DNA from: Patescibacteria group bacterium
Lineage (GTDB): Bacteria; Patescibacteriota; Microgenomatia; UBA1406; GWC2-37-13
Length of the DNA: 64,000 bases
Reading direction: 5' to 3'
Assembly (NCBI GenBank): GCA_038064615.1
Contig: JBBTSR010000001.1
Coordinates: forward strand, 22,558-86,557
Below are positions 1 to 8,584 of the stretch, one piece after another. How positions within the stretch are numbered: the first letter of the stretch is position 1; each line of letters starts with the position of its first letter. Made by a program: the position numbers and the translations under genes. Below the pieces are notes generated by a model. That model did not search any database. It was given only the letters and a program-made list of their open reading frames with translations, and was not told the DNA's origin.

Positions 1-16
1 AAAAACCGTTAGTTAT

Positions 17-1330
17 TTGAAGCAGTATTGCGAAGATATTATCCTCTCCAACTTATTATACGATGAAAAGCCAAGACAAATAAATGAACAAGAGGAAATC
101 AATAAAATAAAAATGATTACCGGTTTGCTTGAGGATGGAAATCATAGAAATTTTTATAAATTAGGCAGGACTTTAGACAGAAAAGTATTGCCCTCATATA
201 TCATTGCTAAAACTTTTAGTGACAGGTCTCCATTCCTTTTTTATTTCAGATTTGAAGATATTGAAAATGCGAGAAAAATGTTTTATAAGTTATTCCGATC
301 AATTGAAGATCCGGAAATAAGGACTGCTGTAATGAAAAGATTTAGTGCATTAAAAGCTCCAAAAGTAAATAGTTTAGAAACTAAAAAACCAAATGTTTCC
401 CTTAATGAAAGCGCCGATTATGATGAAATTCAAAAAGAAAAGAAAAGAATTATTGGAAAAATTAAGGAAAAAGTTCTGCCAGATAATTATGAAATGGAAA
501 AAACATTTTTTAGTCTAACACCATTTTTTTATGTAAAGGATTATGAAGTAATCGCCAAAAAAACTTTAAAAAAACTATTCGGAAAAGAATTAACAGATGG
601 AGAAAAAAAGAAAATGGCTCTTTCTTTACGTGACACTTATAGAGATATTACTTCTCATAAAGAAACTTTAAAAAAGCCAATAGATAAAGCCTTTGAAAGA
701 CAATTGCAGAGTTCAGATAATTTTTTACAATTGGACAAAGCCATTCTTCAGACAATGTTTGATAAATATAAAAAACTTCGTGGGAAAAAAGTAGAATATT
801 ACGACTTTTTACGTTTGTCAGGAACATTAATGGCAGTTAAATCTTTACGGAAAGCTTATCTACTATCAAAATTAAAAACCACAATGAAAGAAAATGACGG
901 AGCTTTAACTATCATACCTGATGATATTTCGATTTCAAACAATATTAATGTTCTTCGAGAGATGTTTGGCGAAACAAAGTATCAACTATTTGATTCAAAA
1001 TATACGGATCAAATGATGGATTTATTAAATGATGATGACATTGTTTCTCATTGGGTTTTTTTTACGTTGAATAATCAAATTAAAATTCATGAAAAAGGCT
1101 TTAAGAAAAGAAAAATAATTAAAACAAGAGATGAGTTGGAGCTTGATTTAAGTCCTAATTTTTTATTTCCAAAAAAAGATAATTATCTTCAAACCGGAAA
1201 TTTACAAATACCAATTGAATCAAAGTTGACAGATGATGGAAAAGATCATTATTATGTCCATATACACTCTTCAAACAGATTGGTTACAATTATTCCTATG
1301 TCAGACAAGATTAGAAATGTCCGCTTTTAG
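17..1330 (+). CDS. hypothetical protein, no recognisable domain; 5' end may lie outside the window; last 10 codons are read from the inserted IS
   Basis: Long ORF whose first in-window start is TTG. There is no in-frame stop between it and the left edge. From 1299 onward the sequence is IS-derived (...LVTIIP|MSDKIRNVRF*). Confidence 0.45.
   Translation: MKQYCEDIILSNLLYDEKPRQINEQEEINKIKMITGLLEDGNHRNFYKLGRTLDRKVLPSYIIAKTFSDRSPFLFYFRFEDIENARKMFYKLFRSIEDPEIRTAVMKRFSALKAPKVNSLETKKPNVSLNESADYDEIQKEKKRIIGKIKEKVLPDNYEMEKTFFSLTPFFYVKDYEVIAKKTLKKLFGKELTDGEKKKMALSLRDTYRDITSHKETLKKPIDKAFERQLQSSDNFLQLDKAILQTMFDKYKKLRGKKVEYYDFLRLSGTLMAVKSLRKAYLLSKLKTTMKENDGALTIIPDDISISNNINVLREMFGETKYQLFDSKYTDQMMDLLNDDDIVSHWVFFTLNNQIKIHEKGFKKRKIIKTRDELELDLSPNFLFPKKDNYLQTGNLQIPIESKLTDDGKDHYYVHIHSSNRLVTIIPMSDKIRNVRF
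1284..1298. repeat. target-site duplication copy 1 (TTACAATTATTCCTA)
   Basis: Identical 15-mer at 1284-1298, 2726-2740 and 2967-2981. Each copy directly abuts an element terminus. Confidence 0.7.
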
Positions 1331-2725
1331 TTGCTTCTCCTCAATCGCCGCTCGACCGGCTTTCCTCCATGGATGATTGTTCGGCGGAACATAATTTAAA
1401 GTGTGATTTGTCAGTATTGTTGGGGTTCTTTTTACTTTCTCAGGTCTACCTTTAATTAAAAAATAGTTTAACTCAAAATCTTTTAAAATGATATGTATTG
1501 TTTTATCTAACCAAATTTCAATTGTTACGATTTCTTTCGGTCTAATAGTTGTTAACTGGATTTCTTCAAGCTGATAAAAATTATTATCAAATTGGATTGT
1601 AAAATCATTTTTAATTTTTCGTTGTTCATGAACAGAAAAGATTGAATTTAATTTGTTCACTTCATTTGAAGATAGTGTTCGATGAACATCACCTTCACAC
1701 TTTGGAACAACTGTAAATTTTTGATTAAATTTAGGAATAAATACTTCTTTTAGAAATCTATTCCCGTCTTCTGGATTGTTAATTTCAGCTAATCTCATTT
1801 CTTTTATCAACCTATCTTGTAAGGTTCCAAACAACCTTTCAACCCGCCCCTTGGCTTGAGCAGAGTGAGCATGGATTAGTTGAATATTTAAACTATTAAG
1901 AGCCCACTCAAATTGAGTTATTAAATCTTTATTATCAACCGCTCCTTTATGATTAATTTTGTAGGTCGAGAATTTATCAAGATAGACAATTAATGGTTTA
2001 CCCAAAGCTAAAACATAGGTTTTCCAGAAGTTGAAAACCGCGATTATCCCTTCATTTTCTTCAAAAGAAGCGTAAGTAATCTTGCCGGTTGCATCATCAA
2101 TTGAAGCAAGTAAACAAACTTCAATCGACTCATTATTGCGGTCCTTGTAACGATGTTCAAACCACAGATGATATGATCCATCAAATTGTTGGAATTCTCC
2201 GTAATGGTCTTTTCGTGGACGCCAGGAACGATATTCTACCTGTTTTTGTTTATGAGTTTTCCATAGCCCTGCTTCAGCCATCCATACCCTGACAGTTTGA
2301 GAGGTGGGAGCAGGTATTTGTTTTTCTTGCAATTTCTCAGTTGCAAATGTTGGTTTAAAATCAGAGTATTTTTCTCTAATTGTTTCTATTACTTTGTTTT
2401 TTATTGCGTCATCTATCTTATGATTCCCAACCTTTCCTTTAAGTCTGTGGATAATCGATCGAGGACCGTCTACTTCAAAGTTGTTTTTGAGCCTTCTTAC
2501 TTGACGTGTTGAAAGACATAATATTTTACTTGCCTGTTTGGTTTTGATTTTCTGGGCTGTAAGATCTTCAAGAACTTTTAACTTCAAACTTTCCGCTTCC
2601 GTTAGATTGGTTGGCATATGGGATAACTAAAATTAAATTGATAACCCTAAATTATCCCAATCGGTTTATTGAAAAGCGGACATTTCTATTCTTGCGGAGG
2701 CGGACATTTCTATTCTTGTGTAGGA
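1299..2725 (-). mobile_element. insertion sequence with one DDE (rve-type) transposase; possibly ISNCY/IS1202-like
   Basis: Imperfect 26-bp terminal inverted repeats: 1299 TGTCAGACAAGATTAGAAATGTCCGC versus the reverse complement of 2700-2725, 21/26 identical. A second GCGGACATTTCTA copy lies subterminally at 2676-2688. Single transposase ORF whose stop lies inside the left IR. Flanked by 15-bp direct repeats. Confidence 0.8.
1301..2617 (-). CDS. DDE transposase (N-terminal HTH plus integrase-core/rve domain)
   Basis: 438 aa. HTH-like ...QASKILCLSTRQVRRL.... Core with ...QFDGSYHLWFE..., ...LASIDDATG... and ...HSAQAKGRVERLFGTLQDRL..., typical of rve-type transposases. Confidence 0.85.
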   Translation of the reverse strand: MPTNLTEAESLKLKVLEDLTAQKIKTKQASKILCLSTRQVRRLKNNFEVDGPRSIIHRLKGKVGNHKIDDAIKNKVIETIREKYSDFKPTFATEKLQEKQIPAPTSQTVRVWMAEAGLWKTHKQKQVEYRSWRPRKDHYGEFQQFDGSYHLWFEHRYKDRNNESIEVCLLASIDDATGKITYASFEENEGIIAVFNFWKTYVLALGKPLIVYLDKFSTYKINHKGAVDNKDLITQFEWALNSLNIQLIHAHSAQAKGRVERLFGTLQDRLIKEMRLAEINNPEDGNRFLKEVFIPKFNQKFTVVPKCEGDVHRTLSSNEVNKLNSIFSVHEQRKIKNDFTIQFDNNFYQLEEIQLTTIRPKEIVTIEIWLDKTIHIILKDFELNYFLIKGRPEKVKRTPTILTNHTLNYVPPNNHPWRKAGRAAIEEKQLKADISNLV

Positions 2726-2740
2726 TTACAATTATTCCTA
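2726..2740. repeat. target-site duplication copy 2
   Basis: Same 15-mer, lying between the IS right end and the MITE-like left end. Confidence 0.7.
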
Positions 2741-2784
2741 TGTCAGACAAGATTAGAAATGTCCGCTTTTAAGTTGTTTCTTGT

Positions 2785-2811
2785 GTCATCCCCGTGAAGA
2801 CGGGGATCCAG
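2785..2811 (+). repeat. GC-rich hairpin repeat, copy A (GTCATCCCCG-TGAAGA-CGGGGATCCAG)
   Basis: 7-bp stem ATCCCCG/CGGGGAT. Identical to copy D at 56292-56318. Confidence 0.75.
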
Positions 2812-2853
2812 TCTATAATTACATTTTTAAAAAACAAATAAGGTGATTTTAGT

Positions 2854-2882
2854 CTGGATTCCCTCCTTCGAGGGAATGACAG
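2854..2882 (-). repeat. GC-rich hairpin repeat, copy B (inverse orientation, compensated stem)
   Basis: CTGGATTCCCTCCTTCGAGGGAATGACAG. Flanks are conserved and the stem is ATTCCCTC/GAGGGAAT. Confidence 0.7.
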
Positions 2883-2966
2883 ATTTGATAAATTATCCCA
2901 ACCTGTTTATTCAAAAGCGGACATTTCTATTCTTGCGAAGGCGGACATTTCTATTCTTGTGTAAGA

Positions 2967-2981
2967 TTACAATTATTCCTA
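2967..2981. repeat. target-site duplication copy 3
   Basis: Same 15-mer immediately after the MITE-like right end, followed by TTGACA (2982-2987). Confidence 0.7.
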
Positions 2982-3009
2982 TTGACAAAATTGAATATAA
3001 ATAATAGTG

Positions 3010-3018
3010 TGATATAAT
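3010..3018 (+). promoter_or_regulatory. possible extended -10 promoter element (TGATATAAT) for the 3033 gene
   Basis: TG-N-TATAAT lies 14 nt upstream of the ATG. No well-spaced -35 is present. Confidence 0.3.
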
Positions 3019-3032
3019 ATATGCTATAAGAT

Positions 3033-5198
3033 ATGAAAGCTAAAGTCATCAGTCAACCAAACAAAGAGGGGACACCTTCGCGGTCATCGGGTTATTTGGT
3101 TCCTATTGCATTATCTTTATTATCAACTACATTAGCACAATGTGTTGAAGCTGCTGTTGTTAACAAAAATTTATTATTCTCCGCCGAAGAGATACGAATA
3201 TTTTCCAACGAAAGCGCCGATTTATCAGTCAAAGATAAAGTGTTGTTGGAAAACTATACAGTAAATGCTTCTTTGCTATTAAATCCTCTTAATGAGGTAG
3301 GAACATTAAATTTTTCTCCAAAAGATACAAATGTTTATCAATATAAAGGTAAAAGCAACGATGGAGCCGTAAATACCGTTGAATTTGCATTGACTGACGT
3401 TGTAGTTAATGGTGAACTTGGAAATCAAAATTCAACAAAAACCCCCATTATATCTTTTAGAAATGATAATGTTGATCCAATAAAAGGCGAATTTGATGTT
3501 TCTATAAAATCATTCCTCTTTGATACGCAATTACCAGGATCCGTCGTCAGAAGTGAAACAAAAGATCATACAATAATCACATTTCAAGGTGCAGATTTAA
3601 ATAAAAAAAATACGCCTTTTATGATCATTGTTTTGGATAAATTACCTGCTGATGCAAATATTAATAAGGCTCTGCAGGACGCAAATTTGGTCAAAGAGGT
3701 GACCATAATTAATTCCGTAACAGGCGAAAGTATAGATATCCCCCAAAATCAAGATCAAGTAATCTCAACACAACAAACTAGTGCCCCACCTTCTTTAGTC
3801 GATTTGATAGGTATGATTATCGAACCATCCGAAGTTGTTCAAGCTCAGGGTTTGCCAACAAATACGCCAGAACCCACTGCCATCCCCGTGCCGATGATTG
3901 AGGTTGGTGGATTGCAGATCCCTGACCCCAAAGCCTCAAATCCTGAATTGTTTGATGTCATTAACCCCGACTCGCCTATCGTCCAGTTTGCTAATGCTTT
4001 TGGCATCAAACCGGAAGAAGTTGCTGCCGGTCTTCAAGCTGAAATAGAAACACCTGATGGCCTACCTCCTTTTGCTGTTTTAAGAACTTCTGACGGAGTC
4101 GCTTTAATGATGGCCCAACAGGGAGAAAATGGAGAATGGAAATGGCAAGAAGCAATTCTAGGGCGTTATTGGGCGGCACACGACAAATCACTTGGGTTCT
4201 ACATGAAATCACGAAATTTTAAATACTTAGGCGACAGCTATCTTAATATAGACAAATTCGCTGATGGAGGCATACTCTCCCTAGGCACTGATACCGAAAA
4301 AGGCAAGCCCGTTAGAAACGCAGACAAGTATATGGAAATCGCCAGGAATAATAATATGAATTATCTTTTTCATTATGTTTTTGAGCCGGGAAAAGATGAA
4401 AGTATTACTACAGATAATGTTGACGAAAAATTACAGGATAGAATTACTGAATTAAGCGATTTAATCATCGAGAATGGGTCAGGCAAGTCAGTTTTTTTAG
4501 AGCTTAACGAATCATTGGAAAAAGGAGGTATATGGAACCGAGACGCAAATCCCTTAAAAGACAAGTATGGAAATGCCTGGCTTGACGAGTATTTTTACCA
4601 AGTACTGAAAATACCGATCGATAAAGGTCTCAATCCAAATGTTAACTATACAATCGTTTTTAATGAGGCTCAAATGATGAACGATCCTGCAAAACGAGAA
4701 AAACTTCACTCCTACTTGGTTATGGCCAGAGATAATGCTTTTAATAGGATAATGGCTGATCCTGATCAGAAGACCGCGAAAGCACTATCTGAAATGGGGA
4801 TTAATTCACCCGAAGATATAAACATATTGGTTGGTGTGGAAGTGCATTCTAAGTTAGAAGGGCCCGATGTCAATCCGGAGGCAACAAGATTTCCTAAAGT
4901 GCCAACCATTGAACAAATTAATGCCACTGCCGATTTGTTTGCGGACCTGGGAGGCATAATAATGACGGAATTTCACCCGACTGGTACAAGTGAAGAGATG
5001 TTAAAATACTTACCGACTATCGTAAAAGCTCTTGAAAATGAAAATTTACACGGAGTGGTTATTTGGACCATGGTTCCTGATGATAAGCCAGATCCGAAAG
5101 AAATTTATTCTAAGTCACCAATTTACTTATTTAATCCTGACGGCACTCCAACAGAGCTTTATTGGGAACTACTTCGTGAAGTATCTCCGAGTAACTGA
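3033..5198 (+). CDS. secreted or anchored protein with a putative (beta/alpha)8 glycoside-hydrolase-like C-terminal domain
   Basis: 721 aa. N-terminal hydrophobic segment LVPIALSLLSTTLAQ. C-terminal region has ...IVFNEAQMM... and ...IIMTEFHPTG..., spaced like clan GH-A acid/base and nucleophile glutamates. The family cannot be assigned by eye. Confidence 0.6.
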   Translation: MKAKVISQPNKEGTPSRSSGYLVPIALSLLSTTLAQCVEAAVVNKNLLFSAEEIRIFSNESADLSVKDKVLLENYTVNASLLLNPLNEVGTLNFSPKDTNVYQYKGKSNDGAVNTVEFALTDVVVNGELGNQNSTKTPIISFRNDNVDPIKGEFDVSIKSFLFDTQLPGSVVRSETKDHTIITFQGADLNKKNTPFMIIVLDKLPADANINKALQDANLVKEVTIINSVTGESIDIPQNQDQVISTQQTSAPPSLVDLIGMIIEPSEVVQAQGLPTNTPEPTAIPVPMIEVGGLQIPDPKASNPELFDVINPDSPIVQFANAFGIKPEEVAAGLQAEIETPDGLPPFAVLRTSDGVALMMAQQGENGEWKWQEAILGRYWAAHDKSLGFYMKSRNFKYLGDSYLNIDKFADGGILSLGTDTEKGKPVRNADKYMEIARNNNMNYLFHYVFEPGKDESITTDNVDEKLQDRITELSDLIIENGSGKSVFLELNESLEKGGIWNRDANPLKDKYGNAWLDEYFYQVLKIPIDKGLNPNVNYTIVFNEAQMMNDPAKREKLHSYLVMARDNAFNRIMADPDQKTAKALSEMGINSPEDINILVGVEVHSKLEGPDVNPEATRFPKVPTIEQINATADLFADLGGIIMTEFHPTGTSEEMLKYLPTIVKALENENLHGVVIWTMVPDDKPDPKEIYSKSPIYLFNPDGTPTELYWELLREVSPSN

Positions 5199-6454
5199 TA
5201 TTGTCCCTCTAAGATTCCCCTCATAAACCACATCCACCCTCCTCTAAATAAAGTTATTGAGGGTGTAATTAGACTAAGAATAAAAAGGCCCCAAAAAGAA
5301 ATTATATAAGCAGAAATTTCCTGAGAATCGTTTTCTCTCAGATAAATAATATCTCTTCTAAGATAGAATAAAACCATAATAGTTAAACTTATTAAGCCTG
5401 TCATACCAGTTTCACTTAGAGTTTTTGAAACTATACTGTGTGGATCACTGATTGATTGCGAATTTAATTCTTTTGCTACCGGATCAAATATATAAAATTT
5501 GCCATTATCTTTCATATAAATTTGGTAATTACCCAAACCTATGCCAGCTAATGGGCTCGATTTAAATAATTCTATTGATTTATTTAAATTATCTACTCTT
5601 GAATTAACTGATTTAACATCTTCTATCTCATCCTGAAGAAATAATCTATTAACAATATCATGTTGAAAAAATACCCGTGCTATTAATAAAGAAGATATTG
5701 CTCCTATTACAAAAATACCAGAAAATGTTAATAATATTTTTTTTACATTCAGGTTTTTATTTTTGACTATCAAAAATCCGTAAGAGATTAATGCAAACAT
5801 TAAAAATAACAACCTATGGCGGAAATTTGATACGAAAGAAAGAAATATAATTAAAAAAATTGCTATTGAAAACAATATTTTATTTTTATTTTGTTTTGTA
5901 AATAAAAACGCACCAATAAAAAATGGTAAAAAAAGCTCTGTATTAAGATACAAATTATATCTCCCTCTTTCAAGATTAACGATATATACCGGTAAGGCTT
6001 CTTTTTGAACGAAAATACTTATGAAAGACAAAAATTGGGAAGCAAATAAAAAATAAACAAAATCTAAAGTTATAATTAATATACCTATTGTGAAAATAAA
6101 ATTATAAATAATTTCTTTATTTTTTTTATTTTGACCATAAATAAATCCTAATATTAAAATTAGCAAGGAAAATATTATATTTTGGTAATCTTTTAAAAAA
6201 AAATAAATATCTCTGGCGGCTATGAGTGATAATGATTGGGAAAGAAAAAATAAAAGTGGAAAAATAAGCACTTTTTTATTTAATTTTGTTCTTATTTTTG
6301 TATCTAAAATGAAATAAATAAATAGCGCCCCTAAAATTAACTTTGCTAAAACGTGGCTGGTTAAAAATTTTGTTGCAAAAGGAGATATATAAAAAGGTGG
6401 GATTTTAATCAAAAACATCACCAATAAAAATGATATTAAATCAATTTTTTTCAT
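5159..6454 (-). CDS. O-antigen ligase/polymerase-like (Wzy_C family) membrane protein
   Basis: 431 aa and polytopic. Loop ...SSPLAGIGLGNYQIYM... is typical of the family. Confidence 0.7.
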   Translation of the reverse strand: MKKIDLISFLLVMFLIKIPPFYISPFATKFLTSHVLAKLILGALFIYFILDTKIRTKLNKKVLIFPLLFFLSQSLSLIAARDIYFFLKDYQNIIFSLLILILGFIYGQNKKNKEIIYNFIFTIGILIITLDFVYFLFASQFLSFISIFVQKEALPVYIVNLERGRYNLYLNTELFLPFFIGAFLFTKQNKNKILFSIAIFLIIFLSFVSNFRHRLLFLMFALISYGFLIVKNKNLNVKKILLTFSGIFVIGAISSLLIARVFFQHDIVNRLFLQDEIEDVKSVNSRVDNLNKSIELFKSSPLAGIGLGNYQIYMKDNGKFYIFDPVAKELNSQSISDPHSIVSKTLSETGMTGLISLTIMVLFYLRRDIIYLRENDSQEISAYIISFWGLFILSLITPSITLFRGGWMWFMRGILEGQYQLLGDTSRSSSQ

Positions 6455-7619
6455 ATTTTAGGTTTTTATAAAGCCCTATTAGTTTATCGATGTGTCTTTC
6501 GGGAATAAATCTATGATTATTTATAAGTTCCAATTTTTTTCTTCTATTAATTTGAATAATGATTGATTTCAAATTATCAAAATCGTCTTGCTCATAAAAA
6601 AATCCATCATTTTCTTTCACCAATTCCGGAAAAACTCCAAATTTTGGAACAATAACAGGTGTTCCTTGAGATATTGATTCAATTAACACATTTGGCATCA
6701 CGTCATACCAAAGTGATGGGATAATTACTGCTTTTGCCTGTCTGATATATTCCAAGATAATATTTCTTGGTTGAAAACCAATAATAGTAATGTTTTTGTA
6801 TCTTGAGTATTGCTGAATTTCATTTTTCAAAGGTCCATCACCAATAACTGTTAGTCTAATTTTGGGTAATTTTTTAAATACCTGGAGTAATTTGATTATC
6901 CCCTTTTCTTCACTTAATCGTCCAAAAAAAAGAAAGTTATTTTTATTTTTTAATGAAATTAAACCTTTACTTTTTGATTGATTAATATCGGTAAATGTTG
7001 GAATAATTATGGTTTTTTCTTTTTTTATTTTGCCGTTTTTTATATAAAAATCTCTGACAAATTTTGTAGGGAAAATGTATTTATCAATAAACTGATAACT
7101 GCCAATTAATTGATGAAAATAGAATGAAAGACTGAATATTAATGATGATAGCCTTGAACTTTGATAGCAACCATAAATTACAGATGGATATTTAAATCGC
7201 TTAGTTAGACAAAGTTCGCATATTTTTTGATTCCTAAAAAGAGTAGCTTTTGGACAAAAATAGCGGTAGTCTTGAATCCGCTGGATAATAGGAATTTTAT
7301 GTTTTTTCAGAACCCAGTAAATGGTCGCCGATATTAAAGGATAAATATTTAAAATTTGGGCAACGTCAGGTTTTTCTTTTTCAATTAATTCTTCTAATTC
7401 TTTTTTTGTTTTGGAGCTATAAAACATTCCAATTGCCGTTGTGATTTTATCAAATAATGTCTTAATTTTCCGACTGTCTTGGGCATAAGTGATTACTCTA
7501 TGACCTTTTGCTTTGAGTTGTTTTGATAATGATTCAAAATAAGTCTCTGCTCCGCCTCGATATTGTCCGTAATTATGAATAAGTAGGATTTTCATTAAAT
7601 TTTTGTTATATTTTATCAC
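6441..7619 (-). CDS. glycosyltransferase, GT4-like (GT-B fold)
   Basis: 392 aa. Motifs ...IHNYGQYRGGAETY..., ...GRLSEEKGI... and ...PSLWYDVMPNVLIESISQGTPVIV.... Confidence 0.8.
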   Translation of the reverse strand: MIKYNKNLMKILLIHNYGQYRGGAETYFESLSKQLKAKGHRVITYAQDSRKIKTLFDKITTAIGMFYSSKTKKELEELIEKEKPDVAQILNIYPLISATIYWVLKKHKIPIIQRIQDYRYFCPKATLFRNQKICELCLTKRFKYPSVIYGCYQSSRLSSLIFSLSFYFHQLIGSYQFIDKYIFPTKFVRDFYIKNGKIKKEKTIIIPTFTDINQSKSKGLISLKNKNNFLFFGRLSEEKGIIKLLQVFKKLPKIRLTVIGDGPLKNEIQQYSRYKNITIIGFQPRNIILEYIRQAKAVIIPSLWYDVMPNVLIESISQGTPVIVPKFGVFPELVKENDGFFYEQDDFDNLKSIIIQINRRKKLELINNHRFIPERHIDKLIGLYKNLKYEKN

Positions 7620-7628
7620 GTCTATACT

Positions 7629-8579
7629 ATGAAAAGGATATTAATCACTGGAGCAGCTGGATTTATCGGTTCACATCTATCAGAGAACTTGATGAAAAAA
7701 GGATTCAAAGTTGTTGGAATAGATAATTTTAGTGGTGCTTATGATAAAAAATACTATTTAAATAATTTAGATATATTAAAAAATAATAAATTTTTTACTT
7801 TTTATAAAATCGATCTTTTAAATCAACAGTTTATTACTTCTATCTTCAAAAATAATAGTTTTGACTTTATTATTCACTGCGCCGCCAAAACCAATGTCAG
7901 GGAAAGTACAAAAAATCCTCAGGATTATATCAGAAACAATGTCCTTGGTACTCAGATATTACTTGAGGCGATCAGACAGTATAATCCGCGGGCAAAATCG
8001 ATTATTTTTTCGTCTTCATCCGTTTACGGGAAACAAAAATTTGTTCCCTTTAAGGAAGATATGGCACCAAACCCGATCTCACCTTATGGACTGTCAAAAT
8101 ATCTCATGGAACAGATCATAAAATATTATTCGGATAATTATAATCTTAAAACAGTTGTTCTCCGGCCATTTTCGATCTATGGCCCAAGAGGCAGACAGGA
8201 TATGCTACCATCAATTTTATTAAATTGCGTTAAAAATAATCTCCCCTTTACTCAATATGGTAATGATAAAAATAATCAACGCGACTGGACATATATTGAT
8301 GATCTTATTGAAGTTATAATAAAAATTATCAAAAGTTATGGTTTTAAATCATATGAAGTTTTTAATATTGGAAAATCACAACCAGTTGGAATAAAATCTT
8401 TTATTAATTTATTTGCCAAACTCTCAAAAAAGAAAATCCAAATAAATAATAAGTCTATTTTAGATATTGAAATACCTATCGTTTTTGCCAATATTCGTAA
8501 AATAAGAAAAATACTGGGTTTAAACCCTAGAATCACGTTAGAAACCGGATTAAAAAAAGTTATTGAAAATAATATCTGA
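7629..8579 (+). CDS. NAD-dependent nucleotide-sugar epimerase/dehydratase (extended SDR)
   Basis: 316 aa. Rossmann motif ITGAAGFIGSHL and catalytic YGLSKYLME (YxxxK). Confidence 0.85.
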   Translation: MKRILITGAAGFIGSHLSENLMKKGFKVVGIDNFSGAYDKKYYLNNLDILKNNKFFTFYKIDLLNQQFITSIFKNNSFDFIIHCAAKTNVRESTKNPQDYIRNNVLGTQILLEAIRQYNPRAKSIIFSSSSVYGKQKFVPFKEDMAPNPISPYGLSKYLMEQIIKYYSDNYNLKTVVLRPFSIYGPRGRQDMLPSILLNCVKNNLPFTQYGNDKNNQRDWTYIDDLIEVIIKIIKSYGFKSYEVFNIGKSQPVGIKSFINLFAKLSKKKIQINNKSILDIEIPIVFANIRKIRKILGLNPRITLETGLKKVIENNI

Positions 8580-8584
8580 TATAA

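Larger units (their letters stand above)
2741..2966 (-). mobile_element. non-autonomous (MITE-like) deletion derivative of the adjacent IS
   Basis: Left about 42 bp (2741-2783) match IS 1299-1340. Right 77 bp (2890-2966) match IS 2649-2725 with a few substitutions. No transposase; the core carries two GC hairpin repeats. Confidence 0.65.

Noticed and set aside
17-1330. Idea that ORF1 could be a CRISPR-associated or other defence effector, given CPR precedents
   Set aside because: I see no nuclease, helicase or RuvC-like motifs and no nearby array. The call would be pure speculation.
2089-2512. Two plus-strand ORFs (67 and 71 aa) inside the transposase gene
   Set aside because: They are antisense to a well-supported 438-aa transposase CDS and have low-complexity, Cys/Phe-rich translations. 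They look like shadow ORFs. The same reasoning applies to the other 60-100-aa ORFs antisense to long genes, for example 4006-4212, 12281-12475, 20143-20328, 31173-31451, 32266-32565, 54164-54769 and 58886-59131.
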